A model generated the notes under the pieces. The model made no database searches and was not told where the DNA came from. It was given only the letters and a program-made list of their open reading frames with translations. A stretch of DNA of 64,000 nt, taken from IMG/VR virus record IMGVR_UViG_3300025470_001263, one strand, 5' to 3'. Every line of letters begins with the position of its first letter. Position 1 is the first letter of the stretch. Both the position numbers and the translations under genes were made by a program. This document shows, one piece after another, positions 62,365-64,000 of the stretch. Origin of the DNA: an uncultured virus (IMG/VR IMGVR_UViG_3300025470_001263). Lineage: Duplodnaviria; Heunggongvirae; Uroviricota; Caudoviricetes.

Positions 62365-63999
62365 TTAAGAAATTTTTGTTGTAATAAAATCTATCGAAGA
62401 AATATTATCCTCTTTTTTTATCATTATAAGATTATCAGACCAGTTACGTATTAAAGGATTATGTGATATGACAAAAATGTGTTCAAAATAATTTTTAATT
62501 TTCTTAAAGAACTCACCAACCAACTCAAGATTTTCATCGGCAACTTTACCAAATACTTCATCCATAACCACTATATTAGGTTTAGGTAATGATGAAATTT
62601 TTGTTAGTACACTTCTAATCGCTAATGATGCTATTGTTCTTTCATAACCTGATCCTGAATTCAATGGTTTAACGATTCTTGATTCAGTATCAATCATTAT
62701 AAATTCAACTTCATTTTTATCATTGATATTCATCTCTAAAATAAAATAACAACTATCAATCAAAAGTCTATACAACTCCTCATTCAATAATGGAATCATA
62801 TTTTTCAAAATAACTTTAGAGATACCATTCTTACCATAGATTGTTAAATAAACTTTGAATACGTTTGATAACTCTTCTTCAGCTTTAATTTTTTTAATTA
62901 AATCCTCATTAGTGGCTATCTTATTGGTCATAAGACTAATGTTACTTCTATGTCGCTCTATATTTGTATTGTTTTGTTTTATATCAGCATTAGCTGTTTC
63001 AATTTGTGTCCTAATCCTAATAACGTCAGCATCTATCTTTTGATTTTCTTCAAGTTTCTTTTTATTATTTTCATAATTATTTAAACGCGTTTGTTTAGCA
63101 TCAATATCTAATTGTTTTTGACCAACCTCTAATTCATATCGCGCTTTTATAAGTTTATTTCTTTCATATGTTTCATATTCAGATTTCAGATTAATAAAAG
63201 CAGTTAAAGCTTTGTTTTTTTCTGTGATGTTTTTATTCAATTCATCTACTTGAGCTTGTAAATCTTTAATTTGATTTTTAATAGCTTCAATTTCATCAGA
63301 ATGGTCAACCTCATCTAAAGACCTATTACAAGTTGGACAAATAGATCCAGTTTCTAATTGAGTAATTAATTTTTGATTTTTTGAAATATCATTTTGAATA
63401 ATTCTCAAATCCGATTTCAAATTATTGATTGTTGAATTCAATTCTTGATGTGTATCTTCATCATAAAACTCCGATGGTTCCGTAACATTTACATTATCAG
63501 CCAAGGCTTGGCTTTTCTTTTGTTCGGTTTTTAAAGTGTCTATCTCTCTTTGTAATAAAGTTGGATTTGTATTTATTAGATTTTTATCAATGTCGTTGTT
63601 TCTTGAACTAAGAATTAAATCTTTTTCGTTTTCTAATCTCTCTAATCTGGCTTCAGCATCAGTCAATGCTGTAGTTAAAATTTCAATTTGAGTTGTTGAG
63701 TTATCAATGCTTTGTGCAAAACTATCATTATCAATTCCAAGTTGAGTAAGGTTATATGTGTTTGAAACTAATTTCCTATTCCAATCATTGAATATTTCTT
63801 TTGCGCGTTCTTCTTTAATTTTGAGACTCTCCAATCCTAAAAATTTAGTTAAGATTTGTCCACGAGCAGTTGGTTTAGATTCGATTAATTCTTCTAAATT
63901 ATAACCAGTAGTTAAAATGGTTGATAAAAAATCTTCTTCAGTACCGATAGCTGATTCAATAAAAGTTTCAGTTTCTCTTCTTTGTTCACCAGTTAAATT
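62365..63999 (-). CDS. Rad50/SbcC (gp46-like) recombination ATPase, 5'-partial
   Basis: Frame open to the window edge; CPTC zinc hook, coiled coils, SGYE signature, MDE Walker B, ISH. Confidence 0.9.
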   Translation of the reverse strand, partial: NLTGEQRRETETFIESAIGTEEDFLSTILTTGYNLEELIESKPTARGQILTKFLGLESLKIKEERAKEIFNDWNRKLVSNTYNLTQLGIDNDSFAQSIDNSTTQIEILTTALTDAEARLERLENEKDLILSSRNNDIDKNLINTNPTLLQREIDTLKTEQKKSQALADNVNVTEPSEFYDEDTHQELNSTINNLKSDLRIIQNDISKNQKLITQLETGSICPTCNRSLDEVDHSDEIEAIKNQIKDLQAQVDELNKNITEKNKALTAFINLKSEYETYERNKLIKARYELEVGQKQLDIDAKQTRLNNYENNKKKLEENQKIDADVIRIRTQIETANADIKQNNTNIERHRSNISLMTNKIATNEDLIKKIKAEEELSNVFKVYLTIYGKNGISKVILKNMIPLLNEELYRLLIDSCYFILEMNINDKNEVEFIMIDTESRIVKPLNSGSGYERTIASLAIRSVLTKISSLPKPNIVVMDEVFGKVADENLELVGEFFKKIKNYFEHIFVISHNPLIRNWSDNLIMIKKEDNISSIDFITTKIS

Positions 64000-64000
64000 T

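Noticed and set aside
1..64000. Stop-codon reassignment as in Lak-type phages
   Set aside because: Genes are intact and tightly packed in code 11; TAG and TGA end genes at sensible positions, and TAG read-through at 58186 adds only a few codons
1..64000. tRNA, rRNA, introns, inteins or transposases
   Set aside because: Intergenic gaps are short and AT-rich with no cloverleaf seen; no intein, homing endonuclease or transposase motifs recognised by eye

Overview
AT-rich, densely coding segment that reads as part of a very large (jumbo/huge) tailed phage in the standard genetic code. A Bacteroidota host is inferred from TAnnTTTG -7 promoter elements, A-rich leaders mostly lacking Shine-Dalgarno sequences, and an Hc1-like histone gene. 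There are three blocks. (1) About 1-22.5 kb is a glycan synthesis/modification island: NDP-sugar SDR enzymes, an RmlC-like epimerase, a split TPP enzyme, a 2OG-Fe(II) oxygenase, four SGNH-like proteins, three radical SAM paralogs alternating with LamG-like proteins, two GT7 enzymes with an inserted LamG domain, GT-A proteins and a methyltransferase. (2) About 22.5-49.5 kb holds virion fibre/adhesin genes: three giant Gly-X-Ser (GTS/GSS) triplet-repeat proteins, one with a C-terminal S74 chaperone, and a five-member family sharing an N-terminal domain followed by Thr-Pro linkers and lectin-like domains. (3) About 49.6-64 kb has glutaredoxin, AAA ATPase, NusG, Hc1, probable head-associated proteins, an amidase-fold protein, a sigma-70, ClpP and a partial Rad50/SbcC. 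The main hypothesis is a phage-encoded system that glycosylates its own Ser/Thr-rich fibres. The non-coding DNA adds a triple hairpin with a conserved UACAUA core over the giant fibre start, start-codon hairpins overlapping a TATTTAT(A) late-promoter-like motif, a palindromic bidirectional promoter, and a likely -1 frameshift at an A10 run. All family calls come from motif recognition by eye; no searches were run.
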